Shown here piece after piece: positions 27,851 through 37,733 of a stretch of 64,000 bases of DNA. Source of the DNA: Bacteroidales bacterium (GTDB lineage Bacteria > Bacteroidota > Bacteroidia > Bacteroidales > UBA12077); assembly GCA_046482855.1 (NCBI GenBank), contig JAWOEH010000127.1, positions 23,865 to 87,864 of the forward strand, written 5' to 3'. Position numbers and translations under genes: made by a program. Each line of letters begins with the position of its first letter. Position 1 is the stretch's first letter. The notes below the pieces were generated by a model, which ran no database searches, was not told the origin of the DNA, and saw only the letters and a list, made by a program, of their open reading frames with translations.

Positions 27851-29002
27851 GTGAATATATACTCCAGGAAGCAAAAATGGAAGCTATTTCTGCTAAGTGT
27901 TGCGGTCATTATTGGTCTGTTAACATTTTTTGTCACCTATAATCTTACACATAAGCTTACGCTTGAGGAGCGAAAAAAAGTGGAGCTATGGGCCAAGGGA
28001 ATGAAACACCTCTCCTCGCAAGAGGTGAACAATGATGATTATACCTTTGCACTGGAGGTGATACAAACAAATGAAACGGTTCCGGTAATATTAACCGATA
28101 AAAACGAAAATATTATCACCTCCATTAATTTGGATGAGGATAAAACAGGAAATGATGATTATATGCAGCGGCAGCTGCGTAAGATGAAAAGTGAGAATCC
28201 GCCTATTGTCGTGTACTTGTTAAAGGGTGATAAGAACTATATTTTTTATCGGGATTCAACCTTGTTAACTCAACTCATGTTTTTTCCGGTTATTCAGTTG
28301 GCAGTTATTACCCTCTTTCTTGTTTTAGCTTATTGGGCTTTTAGTGCTTCGCGAAAGGCTGAACAAAATAACGTATGGGTCGGAATGTCAAAAGAGACTG
28401 CCCATCAGTTAGGAACACCAACCTCATCGCTTATGGCAAACCTCGAGCTTCTGCGCTTGAACCATGTAGATGAATCGATAGTAAATGAAATAGAGAAAGA
28501 TGTGGAACGATTGGAGATGATCACCGAGCGGTTTAGTAAGATTGGCTCGACGCCGGTGATGAGGAAGGAAAACATAATTGAGGTAGTAACAGATGCTCTT
28601 CTCTATGTGAAGGCAAGATCTTCCCGAAAGGTAGAATTTATAACAAACTTTCATAAAGTGGAAGTTGTAATGCTGCCTCTAAATGCCCCTTTATTTAGTT
28701 GGGTGCTGGAAAATGTGTGTAAAAATGCCATTGATTCTATGGGTGGAGTGGGACGGCTTACAGTGACGCTCGATGACAGAATACAGTATGTTTTTATTGA
28801 TGTGAAGGATGAAGGAAAGGGAATTTCGAAAAGCCATCAACGAACCATATTTCAACCTGGCTTTACCACTAAAAAGCGTGGATGGGGGTTAGGGCTTACC
28901 CTGTCCAAGCGTATTGTTGAAGAGTACCATAAAGGAAGGATTTTTGTTGTAAAATCAATCCCCGAGGAAGGAACTACCATGCGAATAGTTTTGAAAAAAT
29001 AG
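27851..29002 (+). CDS. Sensor histidine kinase (two TM helices, orphan, atypical H-box)
   Basis: GTG start. TM helices at aa ~12-30 and ~140-160. H-box MSKETAHQLGTPTSSLMANLELL. HATPase_c motifs are NVCKNAIDSM, DEGKGI and GWGLGLTLSKRIV. Confidence 0.8.
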   Translation: MNIYSRKQKWKLFLLSVAVIIGLLTFFVTYNLTHKLTLEERKKVELWAKGMKHLSSQEVNNDDYTFALEVIQTNETVPVILTDKNENIITSINLDEDKTGNDDYMQRQLRKMKSENPPIVVYLLKGDKNYIFYRDSTLLTQLMFFPVIQLAVITLFLVLAYWAFSASRKAEQNNVWVGMSKETAHQLGTPTSSLMANLELLRLNHVDESIVNEIEKDVERLEMITERFSKIGSTPVMRKENIIEVVTDALLYVKARSSRKVEFITNFHKVEVVMLPLNAPLFSWVLENVCKNAIDSMGGVGRLTVTLDDRIQYVFIDVKDEGKGISKSHQRTIFQPGFTTKKRGWGLGLTLSKRIVEEYHKGRIFVVKSIPEEGTTMRIVLKK

Positions 29003-29081
29003 GCAGGGAATTACTGGGAGGATAGGTTCTACATAGCTTTTGAAAAAAACGTTCTTTTTTTTTTATTCCAATATTAATTTA

Positions 29082-29089
29082 TACTTTTG
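29082..29089 (+). promoter_or_regulatory. Bacteroidetes -7 box (TActTTTG) for yceD-rpmF-plsX-fabH
   Basis: Matches TAnnTTTG, 24 nt upstream of ATG 29113. Confidence 0.3.
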
Positions 29090-29112
29090 CACGATGTATT
29101 TTAAAGAGGGGT

Positions 29113-29646
29113 ATGACGAAGGGAATTGAAACATATACGATTTCTTTTAAAGGGCTGAAAGAGGGTGAGCATACGTTTGAGTTTGTTATTAGTGATGCTC
29201 TTTTTGAATCCTTTGAGGAAGAAGAAATACATAACGTAGCCTGTAAGGCTCGGGTGAAGCTGATAAAAAAGAGCACCCTGTTGGAATTGTTTGTTGCTAT
29301 TGAAGGCAGCCTACAAGTTCCTTGTGACAGGTGTTTAGATCCGCTAAGGATTCCTATCGATTTCGAAGGAGACCTTTATATAACCTTCTCGGAGCGAGAC
29401 GGAGCCGAATCGGCAGAGTTATGGGTATTGGATCCGGCAGATCACGAAGTGGATCTGAAAAATTATTTTTATGAGAGCTTACGCATAAGCTTACCCTTAC
29501 AGCGCATCCACCCCGATGATGAAGAAGGGTACAGCACTTGCAATCAGGAGATGCTGAGGCGACTGGAAGAACATCAACAAACTGATGATACCGAGGAGCA
29601 TATTGATCCTCGCTGGAGTGAATTGAAAAAGTTAATGGGAAATTAA
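29113..29646 (+). CDS. yceD: YceD/DUF177 family protein (large-subunit rRNA accumulation protein)
   Basis: Conserved position directly upstream of rpmF. The CDRCL motif ([10 protein letters not shown]) and an acidic C-terminus are present. Confidence 0.85.
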   Translation: MTKGIETYTISFKGLKEGEHTFEFVISDALFESFEEEEIHNVACKARVKLIKKSTLLELFVAIEGSLQVPCDRCLDPLRIPIDFEGDLYITFSERDGAESAELWVLDPADHEVDLKNYFYESLRISLPLQRIHPDDEEGYSTCNQEMLRRLEEHQQTDDTEEHIDPRWSELKKLMGN

Positions 29647-29660
29647 ATTGTAGAGAAAAA

Positions 29661-29846
29661 ATGGCACATCCAAAGCACAAAACATCGAAGCAACGTAGAG
29701 ACAAGCGAAGAACGCACTACAAAGCCAGTGCACCCACAACAACGGCGTGCTCAAATTGTGGCGCAACGCATCTTTACCACCGTGTTTGTCCTGAATGTGG
29801 TTTCTACCGCGGACAAGCAGCTATTGAGAAAGATGTAACGGCCTAG
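29661..29846 (+). CDS. rpmF: 50S ribosomal protein L32
   Basis: [19 protein letters not shown].. plus a zinc ribbon CSNCG..CPECG. Confidence 0.95.
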   Translation: MAHPKHKTSKQRRDKRRTHYKASAPTTTACSNCGATHLYHRVCPECGFYRGQAAIEKDVTA

Positions 29847-29871
29847 TTTAAACGCACGATTTTAGACGTTT

Positions 29872-30813
29872 ATGAGAATTGGTATAGATATTATGGGCGG
29901 CGATTTTGCTCCTGAAGCAGCAGTTTTAGGAGCAATTTTAGCTCATAAGGAATTGGCGCCGGAAAATTCGATTGTACTTATTGGCAACCAGCAGCAAATT
30001 ACAGATCTGCTCAAACGCGAAAAAGTGCCCGAAGATACATTCGAAGTTGTGCCCTCCACCGATGTAATTGAAATGGGAGAGCATCCCGCAAAAGCCTTTT
30101 CACGTAAGCCCAATTCCAGTATTGCCATAGGCTACAGAATGTTAGCCGAGGGTACGATTGATGGACTGGCCAGTGCCGGAAGCACCGGGGCCATGATGGT
30201 GGGTGCTATGTACACGGTAAAAGCCATTCCCGGAATTATCCGTCCTGCACTTACTACTGCCATCCCTAAACCCGATGGCTCTTTTTCTATTATTCTGGAT
30301 ATTGGAATCAACCCCGACTGTAAGCCTGATGTGCTTTACCAGTATGGGACTTTGGGTGCATTATACGCGAAACATATTTATCAAATAGAAGACCCTGGAG
30401 TGGCTTTGCTGAATATCGGTTCCGAAGAAGAAAAAGGAAATTTGGTGGTAAAATCTGCCCATGAATTGATGAAGGGCAGCACTGATTTTAATTTCATCGG
30501 GAATATTGAAGCCAATGAGCTATTTGATGCAGGCAGTGCCGATGTTATTGTTTGTGACGGCTTTGTCGGAAATATCGTACTAAAACAGGCTGAAGCATTC
30601 TATAAGCTCTATAAGTCCAGGGATATGCAAGATGCGTATTTTGATAAATTGAATTTTGAGCGTTATGGGGGCTCCCCCATTCTTGGAGTCAACAAAAATA
30701 TTGTGATTGGCCACGGTATTTCCAATGCTACTGCTATTAAAGGTATGATTAAACACACTTTTCATGTAGCAGAGGTCAATCTTTCCAACAAAATAAAGGA
30801 GGCGATTCAATGA
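29872..30813 (+). CDS. plsX: Phosphate acyltransferase PlsX
   Basis: [16 protein letters not shown].., GFVGNIVLK, and rpmF-plsX-fabH synteny. Confidence 0.95.
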   Translation: MRIGIDIMGGDFAPEAAVLGAILAHKELAPENSIVLIGNQQQITDLLKREKVPEDTFEVVPSTDVIEMGEHPAKAFSRKPNSSIAIGYRMLAEGTIDGLASAGSTGAMMVGAMYTVKAIPGIIRPALTTAIPKPDGSFSIILDIGINPDCKPDVLYQYGTLGALYAKHIYQIEDPGVALLNIGSEEEKGNLVVKSAHELMKGSTDFNFIGNIEANELFDAGSADVIVCDGFVGNIVLKQAEAFYKLYKSRDMQDAYFDKLNFERYGGSPILGVNKNIVIGHGISNATAIKGMIKHTFHVAEVNLSNKIKEAIQ

Positions 30814-31811
30814 CAAAGGTACATGCAAAAATCACCGGCGTAGGAGGCGCATTACCCGACTACATTCTTACTAATGACGAATTAAGTCAAATGGTAGATA
30901 CCTCCGATGAGTGGATTATGACACGCATTGGAATTAAGGAGAGGCGCATTCTTCGAGAACCCGGAAAAGGTTCCTCCGATTTAGGCGCCGCTGCAGTAAC
31001 CCAACTGCTGGAGAAAACCGGCACGTCTCCCGACGAGGTGGATCTGCTTATTTGCGCCACGGTAACGCCCGATATGCAATTCCCGGCAACCGCAAATATT
31101 ATTTGCGATAAGGTGGGGATTAAAAATGCCTTTAGTTATGATTTGAATGCCGGTTGTTCAGGGTTTTTATATGCGCTGAATACAGCCTCAAAGTTCATTG
31201 AGAATGGCAACAACAAGAAGGTGGTAGTGGTAGGTGCGGAAAAAATGTCTTCTATTGTTGACTACCAGGATCGAAGTACTTGTCCTATTTTTGGTGACGG
31301 TGCCGGAGCGGTGATGCTGGAACCTACCACCGAAGACGTGGGTATTGTGGATGCACATTTGCAGAGTGATGGCATAGGTCGTGTGCACTTGCATCAGAAA
31401 GCCGGAGGGTCTGTGAAGCCCGCTTCGCACGAAACGATTGATGCCCGCGAACATTTTATCTACCAGGAAGGACAACCGGTATTTAAATGGGCGGTAAGCA
31501 AGATGGCTGATGTTTCGGTGGAGATGATGAAAAAACATAACATCGAACCTGACGATTTGGATTGGCTTGTACCTCATCAGGCCAATATGCGTATTATTGA
31601 AGCTACTGCTAAACGCATGGGCATTAAAAAAGAACAAGTGATGATAAATATTCAGCGCTTTGGAAACACAACAGCTGCCACTCTTCCTTTATGTTTATGG
31701 GAGTGGGAAGAGAAGCTGAACAAAGGCGATAATATCATCCTCGCTACATTTGGCGCAGGTTTTACCTGGGGCGCAATGTACCTCAAGTGGGCCTACGATG
31801 GTAAGAAATAG
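30810..31811 (+). CDS. fabH: 3-oxoacyl-ACP synthase III
   Basis: Active-site [11 protein letters not shown], plus HQAN and [10 protein letters not shown] motifs. There is a 4-nt ATGA overlap with plsX. Confidence 0.95.
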   Translation: MTKVHAKITGVGGALPDYILTNDELSQMVDTSDEWIMTRIGIKERRILREPGKGSSDLGAAAVTQLLEKTGTSPDEVDLLICATVTPDMQFPATANIICDKVGIKNAFSYDLNAGCSGFLYALNTASKFIENGNNKKVVVVGAEKMSSIVDYQDRSTCPIFGDGAGAVMLEPTTEDVGIVDAHLQSDGIGRVHLHQKAGGSVKPASHETIDAREHFIYQEGQPVFKWAVSKMADVSVEMMKKHNIEPDDLDWLVPHQANMRIIEATAKRMGIKKEQVMINIQRFGNTTAATLPLCLWEWEEKLNKGDNIILATFGAGFTWGAMYLKWAYDGKK

Positions 31812-31831
31812 TGAATAGCTATAACAACATA

Positions 31832-31866
31832 AAAAAAGGAGTCACCAAGGTGTCTCCTTTTTTATT
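31832..31866. terminator. Bidirectional terminator between fabH and selU
   Basis: A-run, GGAGTCACC-aa-GGTGTCTCC (one mismatch), then TTTTTTATTTT. Confidence 0.6.
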
Positions 31867-32890
31867 TTAAGCATTTAGCAAAGTCAATAATTTTACGGGC
31901 ATTTTGGATAGCATTATTATCGGGAAGATCGAGTTCATGAATTTGTTGGTGGTTTCTTTTTGATAAACCAAATTGGTAGGTTTTGTCATAATAACTGAGC
32001 GATAGCCTCACTGCTTGGGCATAGTTGTTTTCTTCAATAGCTTTTATGGCAGCATTGGCGTGCTGCCCTCCAAGTCGCTTACGAATCTTTTCTATGGCTT
32101 CGATAAGATGTGTTTGAGAATAATTGGCATAATCATCCACCAACCTTTCAATTCTGCAGTTTAATGGGAGGGAAACCTTTATAACCGGTGCTTGGCGCAT
32201 CTGTTTGAAAAGCTCTTCGGGAATCCAGTTTCGGCCAATGGATTTACTTTCATCCTCAATCCAGATGGGTTTGGATTTGTCAAGTTTAAGCCAGGCTTCC
32301 CCTACTTGGTTTTCAAAGAGCTCGTTTGGAGGCTGAGGATCTTGCCCAAAAGCACCAAAAGCAGAACCTTTATGATGTGCCAATCCTTCCAGATCCAGGA
32401 TTTGCTCACCTGCATGCTTTAGTGCATGAAGAATTGCTGTTTTGCCGCTGCCTGTCATCCCACCAACGATACGGATCTTTGCGGGCTTTGCCAGTGTTTC
32501 TTTTAAATACCTACGATATGTTTTATACCCACCTTCAAGCAGGTAGCAGGGAATGGCCAGCCGTTCAAAAAGCCAGGCCATGCTCTCACTTCGCATACCT
32601 CCTCGCCAGCAATGCACCAATAGCGGTCTGTTTTGAGCGTGCTTTTTGGCCTCTTTTGCCAGGGAGGACATCTTAGGTCCAATAATGTCTAAGCCTGCCA
32701 AAACAGCCGCTTCTTTGCCTTTTTGTTTATATAAAGTGCCGACCCTTGCTCGCTCCTCATTTGTAAAAAGAGGAATGTTGCGGGCGTTATGAATATGTCC
32801 TTCGGCAAACTCCGCTGGTGAACGGACGTCAATAATCGGATATTGTTCCGCTTTGTTTAGAAAGGATGCAACGGGTAGTACAATTGCCAT
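31862..32890 (-). CDS. selU: tRNA 2-selenouridine(34) synthase
   Basis: N-terminal rhodanese domain with CWRGGMRS, a P-loop GGMTGSGKT, and a length typical of YbbB/MnmH. Confidence 0.88.
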   Translation of the reverse strand: MAIVLPVASFLNKAEQYPIIDVRSPAEFAEGHIHNARNIPLFTNEERARVGTLYKQKGKEAAVLAGLDIIGPKMSSLAKEAKKHAQNRPLLVHCWRGGMRSESMAWLFERLAIPCYLLEGGYKTYRRYLKETLAKPAKIRIVGGMTGSGKTAILHALKHAGEQILDLEGLAHHKGSAFGAFGQDPQPPNELFENQVGEAWLKLDKSKPIWIEDESKSIGRNWIPEELFKQMRQAPVIKVSLPLNCRIERLVDDYANYSQTHLIEAIEKIRKRLGGQHANAAIKAIEENNYAQAVRLSLSYYDKTYQFGLSKRNHQQIHELDLPDNNAIQNARKIIDFAKCLK

Positions 32891-32925
32891 ATTGTTTGAT
32901 GTATGATAGGCGGCAAAGGTACAAC

Positions 32926-32958
32926 AAAAAAGGGCGCTTCATATTCATAAGCGCCTTT
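32926..32958 (-). terminator. Intrinsic terminator after the AIM24-family gene
   Basis: On the minus strand: GGCGCTT-atgaatatg-AAGCGCC followed by CTTTTTTGTTG. Confidence 0.6.
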
Positions 32959-32980
32959 CTGTGTTCCCCTTTACCGAAGA

Positions 32981-33748
32981 TTAATCTTCAAGAAAATTGC
33001 CCAGTATGCTACGACTGCCTTTTCGCCGATTATCGCCTGCCGGGTTGATTGCGCGAATGAATTTCCGTATGGGCATTGACTGCAACCAAACTCGACCTGT
33101 ACCTTGTAGGGTAGCCAGGAATAGCCCTTCGCCTCCGAATAACATGGAGCGCATGCCTCCCGATTGAATAATGTCCAGGTTTAGCTGGGGCTCGTAGGCC
33201 ACAATACATCCGGTATCAATGCGTAATTCCTCATTTTGCAGGTTTTTTTCAACAATGGTGCCACCGGCATGTAAAAATGCCATGCCATCGCCAGTTATCG
33301 ATTGCAATATAAAACCTTCGCCACCAATTAAGCCGGCTCCTAGTTTTCGATTTAAGTGTATTCCCAACTTCGTGCCTTTGGCTGCACATAAAAAAGCCTC
33401 TTTTTGTGCAATGAGTCTACCTCCTTTTTCGGCAAGATTTAGGGGCACAATAGAGCCAGGGTAGGGCCCGGCAAAGGCTACCTTTCGGGGGGTATTTCCT
33501 TGGTTTATGAAATGCGTCATGAAGATACTTTCACCGGTAAGCAATCGACTGCCGGCAGAAAACATTTTGTTCAAAAAACCCTGGTTCGGTGCGGAACCAT
33601 CCCCCAGGTGTGTTTCAAAAACGATGGAAGGATCCATGTATACCATGGCTCCGGCTTCAGCAATAACCGTTTCGCCGGGATCAAGCGTTACCTCCAGTAA
33701 TTGAACGTCGTGTCCGGTTATCTGGTAATCGATTTCGTCTGCTTTCAT
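32981..33748 (-). CDS. TIGR00266/AIM24 (DUF124) family protein
   Basis: [39 protein letters not shown].. and the ..GEGLFLATLQGTGRVWLQS signature of the family. Its start overlaps the kinase stop by 4 nt. Confidence 0.8.
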   Translation of the reverse strand: MKADEIDYQITGHDVQLLEVTLDPGETVIAEAGAMVYMDPSIVFETHLGDGSAPNQGFLNKMFSAGSRLLTGESIFMTHFINQGNTPRKVAFAGPYPGSIVPLNLAEKGGRLIAQKEAFLCAAKGTKLGIHLNRKLGAGLIGGEGFILQSITGDGMAFLHAGGTIVEKNLQNEELRIDTGCIVAYEPQLNLDIIQSGGMRSMLFGGEGLFLATLQGTGRVWLQSMPIRKFIRAINPAGDNRRKGSRSILGNFLED

Positions 33749-36585
33749 TTTTTATCGCTAAACCATTTGATTAATACCTCTTTTATCTCGTCTATTTTTA
33801 CAGGTTTTGCCAAATAGTCGTTCATTCCGCTGTTGAATGCTTTAATTTTATCTTCCTCTCTGGCGTTGGCTGTCATGGCAACAATGGGTAGCTTAAACCC
33901 CAAACTTCGAATTTCGGCAGTGGCCTCCAGGCCATCTTTCTCGGGCATCATAATATCCATAAATAAAATGTCGAAAGGTTCGGCTTTTATCTTGCGAACA
34001 CAGTCGGCACCGTTTTCAGCAAGGGTAATGTCATACCCCAGGTTTTTAAAGATAGTAAGTGCTACTTTTTGGTTGATGATATTATCTTCGGCCACAAGAA
34101 TTCTTAGATGCTCTCTAATTCGGTTAAGTTTGGGCATTTCTTGTTCTTTTACGAGCAAATTTGGGAAGTTTTCCTGAATAATTTCAAATACTTCAGAAGC
34201 TTCAAAGGGTTTGATCAGGTAATAATCGATGCCATTCATTTTACATTTAACATAATTGCCAGGCTGATCATTAGAGCTGACAATTGTAATGAAGAAATCA
34301 TCAGAAATACCCTCTTTATGAAGACTTCGCCCTAAATCGATACCATCGAATTCGGCCGTATCCTTTATAATGATGAGGTGATATTTTTGAGATTTATCCT
34401 TCTGGTTTTTACGAATATGTTCAATGGGACTTTGTTTGGGCGTTATTTCTGTTACCGCGGTGCCAAACTTTGAAAATGTAGTACGCAGGACATCCTCCTT
34501 TTCGATGGCAGGGTTTATGATAAGTACACGAATTTGGGAATAGTCGGTAACTTCCTGAATCTTTACATTTTTCTCAAATCGTTCATTGGAAAAAACCTGT
34601 ATGGTAAAAGAAAAACGAGAACCTTTGTATTGTGGATCGATGGAAATGGAGGAGGGGCTATCGACCCAAATCTCGCCATTCATCAATTCCACTAATTGTT
34701 TGCTAATGGTTGTTCCCAGGCCTGTGCCACCAAACCTGCGGGTAGTAGAACCATCGGCTTGCGAAAAACTGCCAAAAATATCTTTCAGTTTTTCTTTAGC
34801 AATACCAATGCCTGTATCTTCAATATTAAAAAGTATTATTACTGTCCTATCCACCTGTTTTACCAGCTCTACTGAGACCAGAATTTTTCCTTCGTAGGTG
34901 AATTTAATGGCATTCCCAATCAGATTGGATACAACTTGTTTCAACCGAAACGGGTCGCCAATAAGCTCATTCGGGATATTCTCAGCAATGGTCGACTCCA
35001 GAGCCAAGCCTTTTTCTTTAGCTTTAGGTGTAAACAATGACAGGGTGGAGGCTAGCTCATCTCGGAGCTGAAAAGGTGTTTCTTCGATAATCATCTTACC
35101 CGCTTCAATTTTCGAGAAGTCGAGAATGTCGTTGATAATAGACAGCAGTAAGTCGGCTGATTTGGTAATGATTTGTACCGCTTCCTCTTGCTTGGCATTT
35201 AGGTTCAGTGTATGCAACGTATCGGCCATGCCAATGATGCCATTAAGCGGTGTGCGTATTTCGTGGCTCATTTTAGCCAAGAATTCGGATTTTGCTTTAT
35301 TGGCAGCAACCTCGCGTTTTCTTGCTTTCTCCACTGGTGTGATGTCGATAAACGCCTCTAAGGAAACCTCTTCGCCATTAAATACAGTGTTTATCTCTTT
35401 TTTGAACAGGATTATCTCATTGTCGTTGTCGTCGTAATAGATGTATTGGTTGAGGTTGTTTTGATAAGTAAATGAATCCTGATCATGGAAGTTCCGACTG
35501 ATAAAAAATTGCTCGGGAATAGGTTTTCCAATAAGTTCTTCCTTATTCTCGATACCGAAAATTTCAATAGCTGTATGATTTAAAGATCGAACGATGCGTT
35601 TTTTGTTGATAATGAGAATCCCGATGGGCAATCCTTCCAGGATCATTTGCAGAGCCTCTTCTGATTGCTTGAGTCGATCGTGTTCCCGATCCTTGCGACG
35701 CATCATAACAAAGGTCATCCCGATAATAAAAACTAAAAACAGAAAAGTTGAGGCACCAACAAGTACAGCATTGCGGATGATAGAACTGATGATCACCTCG
35801 GACTTGAGCGAGAAAACGATGCCAAAATCCTTGCTTAAAAGCCGGGTTGGATAATAGAATGAAAAGGCTTTCACCTGCTCATTATTTCTATTAATTTGAT
35901 GCTGAATAAATCCCTTGTCGCCTATTGACAGGTTTTGTGAGATGACATCCAACTTTGATACATAAAGGCTATCGGAAATCAGGTTATTGTCCACTACTTC
36001 GCCGGTTCTTTTTACCACCCATTGCCACAAGGTGGAACCTAAATGGTAATTGGCAAATACATCCTGAATGTAGTTCATGAAGTCTACTTTAATCAGAATA
36101 TTTAGAACGGCTTTGTTTTCCTGAAATACGGGTAATATATAGGTGTAGGTGCCATCTTCATTTTCCAGCACGGTTTCCTTCTGGTAAAGACGCTTTTGCC
36201 GTTGAGCAATGTAGAAATCGGTTAAAAACTGATTGGACTTATCTTTAAATAGGCTAAATACATTTTTATTATTGTCGATGATGTTGATGTTCTGGATAAG
36301 GTTTTGGTATTTGAAGTAGAAAAGCTCCAGCTTTTTGATCCGATCATCCTGGTTATCCAAATTGTTGAAGAACTCTATGAGTTCTGTTGAGAAGACGATA
36401 TAATTGATTTCATTTTCAAATTCATAGCCTGTTTGTTCAATTTCCCATCCGCAAATTTGTGTTTGCCGCATAAGAATCTCTTTGTGAAAGGCTACTTGTT
36501 GCTTGTAAATGCGATAGTAATAATGAACATTAACAGCTATAACCAGTAAAATAGCTGCAACGATAAGAAAACGTGCTTTCTTCAT
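33745..36585 (-). CDS. Hybrid sensor histidine kinase (extracytoplasmic sensor, TM, PAS, HisKA, HATPase_c, degenerate receiver, receiver)
   Basis: H-box [18 protein letters not shown] and G-boxes [19 protein letters not shown]. The REC-like segment RVLIINPA.. lacks the acidic pair. The terminal REC is canonical ([24 protein letters not shown]). Confidence 0.9.
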   Translation of the reverse strand: MKKARFLIVAAILLVIAVNVHYYYRIYKQQVAFHKEILMRQTQICGWEIEQTGYEFENEINYIVFSTELIEFFNNLDNQDDRIKKLELFYFKYQNLIQNINIIDNNKNVFSLFKDKSNQFLTDFYIAQRQKRLYQKETVLENEDGTYTYILPVFQENKAVLNILIKVDFMNYIQDVFANYHLGSTLWQWVVKRTGEVVDNNLISDSLYVSKLDVISQNLSIGDKGFIQHQINRNNEQVKAFSFYYPTRLLSKDFGIVFSLKSEVIISSIIRNAVLVGASTFLFLVFIIGMTFVMMRRKDREHDRLKQSEEALQMILEGLPIGILIINKKRIVRSLNHTAIEIFGIENKEELIGKPIPEQFFISRNFHDQDSFTYQNNLNQYIYYDDNDNEIILFKKEINTVFNGEEVSLEAFIDITPVEKARKREVAANKAKSEFLAKMSHEIRTPLNGIIGMADTLHTLNLNAKQEEAVQIITKSADLLLSIINDILDFSKIEAGKMIIEETPFQLRDELASTLSLFTPKAKEKGLALESTIAENIPNELIGDPFRLKQVVSNLIGNAIKFTYEGKILVSVELVKQVDRTVIILFNIEDTGIGIAKEKLKDIFGSFSQADGSTTRRFGGTGLGTTISKQLVELMNGEIWVDSPSSISIDPQYKGSRFSFTIQVFSNERFEKNVKIQEVTDYSQIRVLIINPAIEKEDVLRTTFSKFGTAVTEITPKQSPIEHIRKNQKDKSQKYHLIIIKDTAEFDGIDLGRSLHKEGISDDFFITIVSSNDQPGNYVKCKMNGIDYYLIKPFEASEVFEIIQENFPNLLVKEQEMPKLNRIREHLRILVAEDNIINQKVALTIFKNLGYDITLAENGADCVRKIKAEPFDILFMDIMMPEKDGLEATAEIRSLGFKLPIVAMTANAREEDKIKAFNSGMNDYLAKPVKIDEIKEVLIKWFSDKK

Positions 36586-36725
36586 GTGGGTTGATCCTTG
36601 TTGTTCAATGCTAAGCCGTTCTAATTCTAAGCGAATCAGATCAATTTCCCGAATTTAGTAAAAAATATGCCCTACATGAAATATTTTTATAAAACAATGG
36701 AAATTAGCTTACGAAGGAGTTTTTT

Positions 36726-37646
36726 TTAACGGTGCTTTCCGCCTGTGTCCTCTAAGATACGGAGGTAATTGATGTAGCGTTCTTCATCGATTATATTTTC
36801 CTTTACAGCCTCAATAACCGCACAGCCGGGTTCGTGCACATGGGAACAGTTATAAAATTTACAGTCGTGCGATTTTTGAAAGATTTCGGGAAAGAAATGG
36901 CTGAGCTCCTCTTTTTTTATATCGTATAGGCCAAATCCTCTGATTCCCGGGGTATCAATGATGTAACCCCCATTGGAAAGCGGGTGCATTTCGGCAAATG
37001 TGGTGGTATGTTTACCTGTTTCGTGATAGGTGGAAATGGCGGCTGTTTTCAAGTTTAATGAGGGTTCAATAGCGTTTATGAGTGAACTTTTCCCCACGCC
37101 CGAATTCCCCGCAACAATGGATATTTTGTTTTGCAGTAGTGCATGTGCTTCCTGAATATGGATGTGATCTTTTACCGATGTAGCCAAACAGGTGTAACCA
37201 ATGTTTCGATATACGGAGATGAGTCGCTCTAACTCTTGTTTCTGTGAGGAAGAAAGAAGATCGATCTTGTTAAAGAACAAAACAGCAGGAATCGAATAGC
37301 TCTCAACTGCCACCAGAAACCTATCAATGAACAAGGGATGGGTTTTGGGGGCGGTAAGGGTGACCATTAAAACGGCTTGGTCTACATTTGCCGCCAGAAT
37401 ATGCGATTGTTTTGAGAGGTTAGAAGAGCGACGAACGATGATGTTTTCGCGTGGCTGAATGTGGGTAATCACATTACCGTCCTTGTTTTGTGCCACATTC
37501 ACCCTGTCGCCAACAGATACAGGATTGGTTGTTTTGATGCCTTGCTGACGAAACTTCCCCCGGATACGGCAATTTACTTTTGCCCCTGAATCCAGTTGAA
37601 CTTCGTACCAACTGCCTGTTGATTTTATTACTAATCCTTGTTGCAT
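36726..37646 (-). CDS. rsgA: Ribosome small-subunit-dependent GTPase A
   Basis: OB-fold N-terminus, circularly permuted GTPase (NKIDL.., GNSGVGKSSLINA) and zinc knuckle CKFYNCSHVHEPGCAV. Confidence 0.92.
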   Translation of the reverse strand: MQQGLVIKSTGSWYEVQLDSGAKVNCRIRGKFRQQGIKTTNPVSVGDRVNVAQNKDGNVITHIQPRENIIVRRSSNLSKQSHILAANVDQAVLMVTLTAPKTHPLFIDRFLVAVESYSIPAVLFFNKIDLLSSSQKQELERLISVYRNIGYTCLATSVKDHIHIQEAHALLQNKISIVAGNSGVGKSSLINAIEPSLNLKTAAISTYHETGKHTTTFAEMHPLSNGGYIIDTPGIRGFGLYDIKKEELSHFFPEIFQKSHDCKFYNCSHVHEPGCAVIEAVKENIIDEERYINYLRILEDTGGKHR

Positions 37647-37671
37647 ATGTACAATCGTTCCCGGCGAAGAT

Positions 37672-37725
37672 AAAAAAAATCCGGAATATGTCCGGATAAA
37701 AGAAAAGGCACAGCCGAAGCTGTGC
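37672..37725 (-). terminator. Tandem intrinsic terminators downstream of typA
   Basis: On the minus strand: GCACAGC-ttcg-GCTGTGC followed by CTTTTCTTTT, then ATCCGGA-catat-TCCGGAT followed by T8. Confidence 0.65.
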
Positions 37726-37733
37726 GTGGAGGG

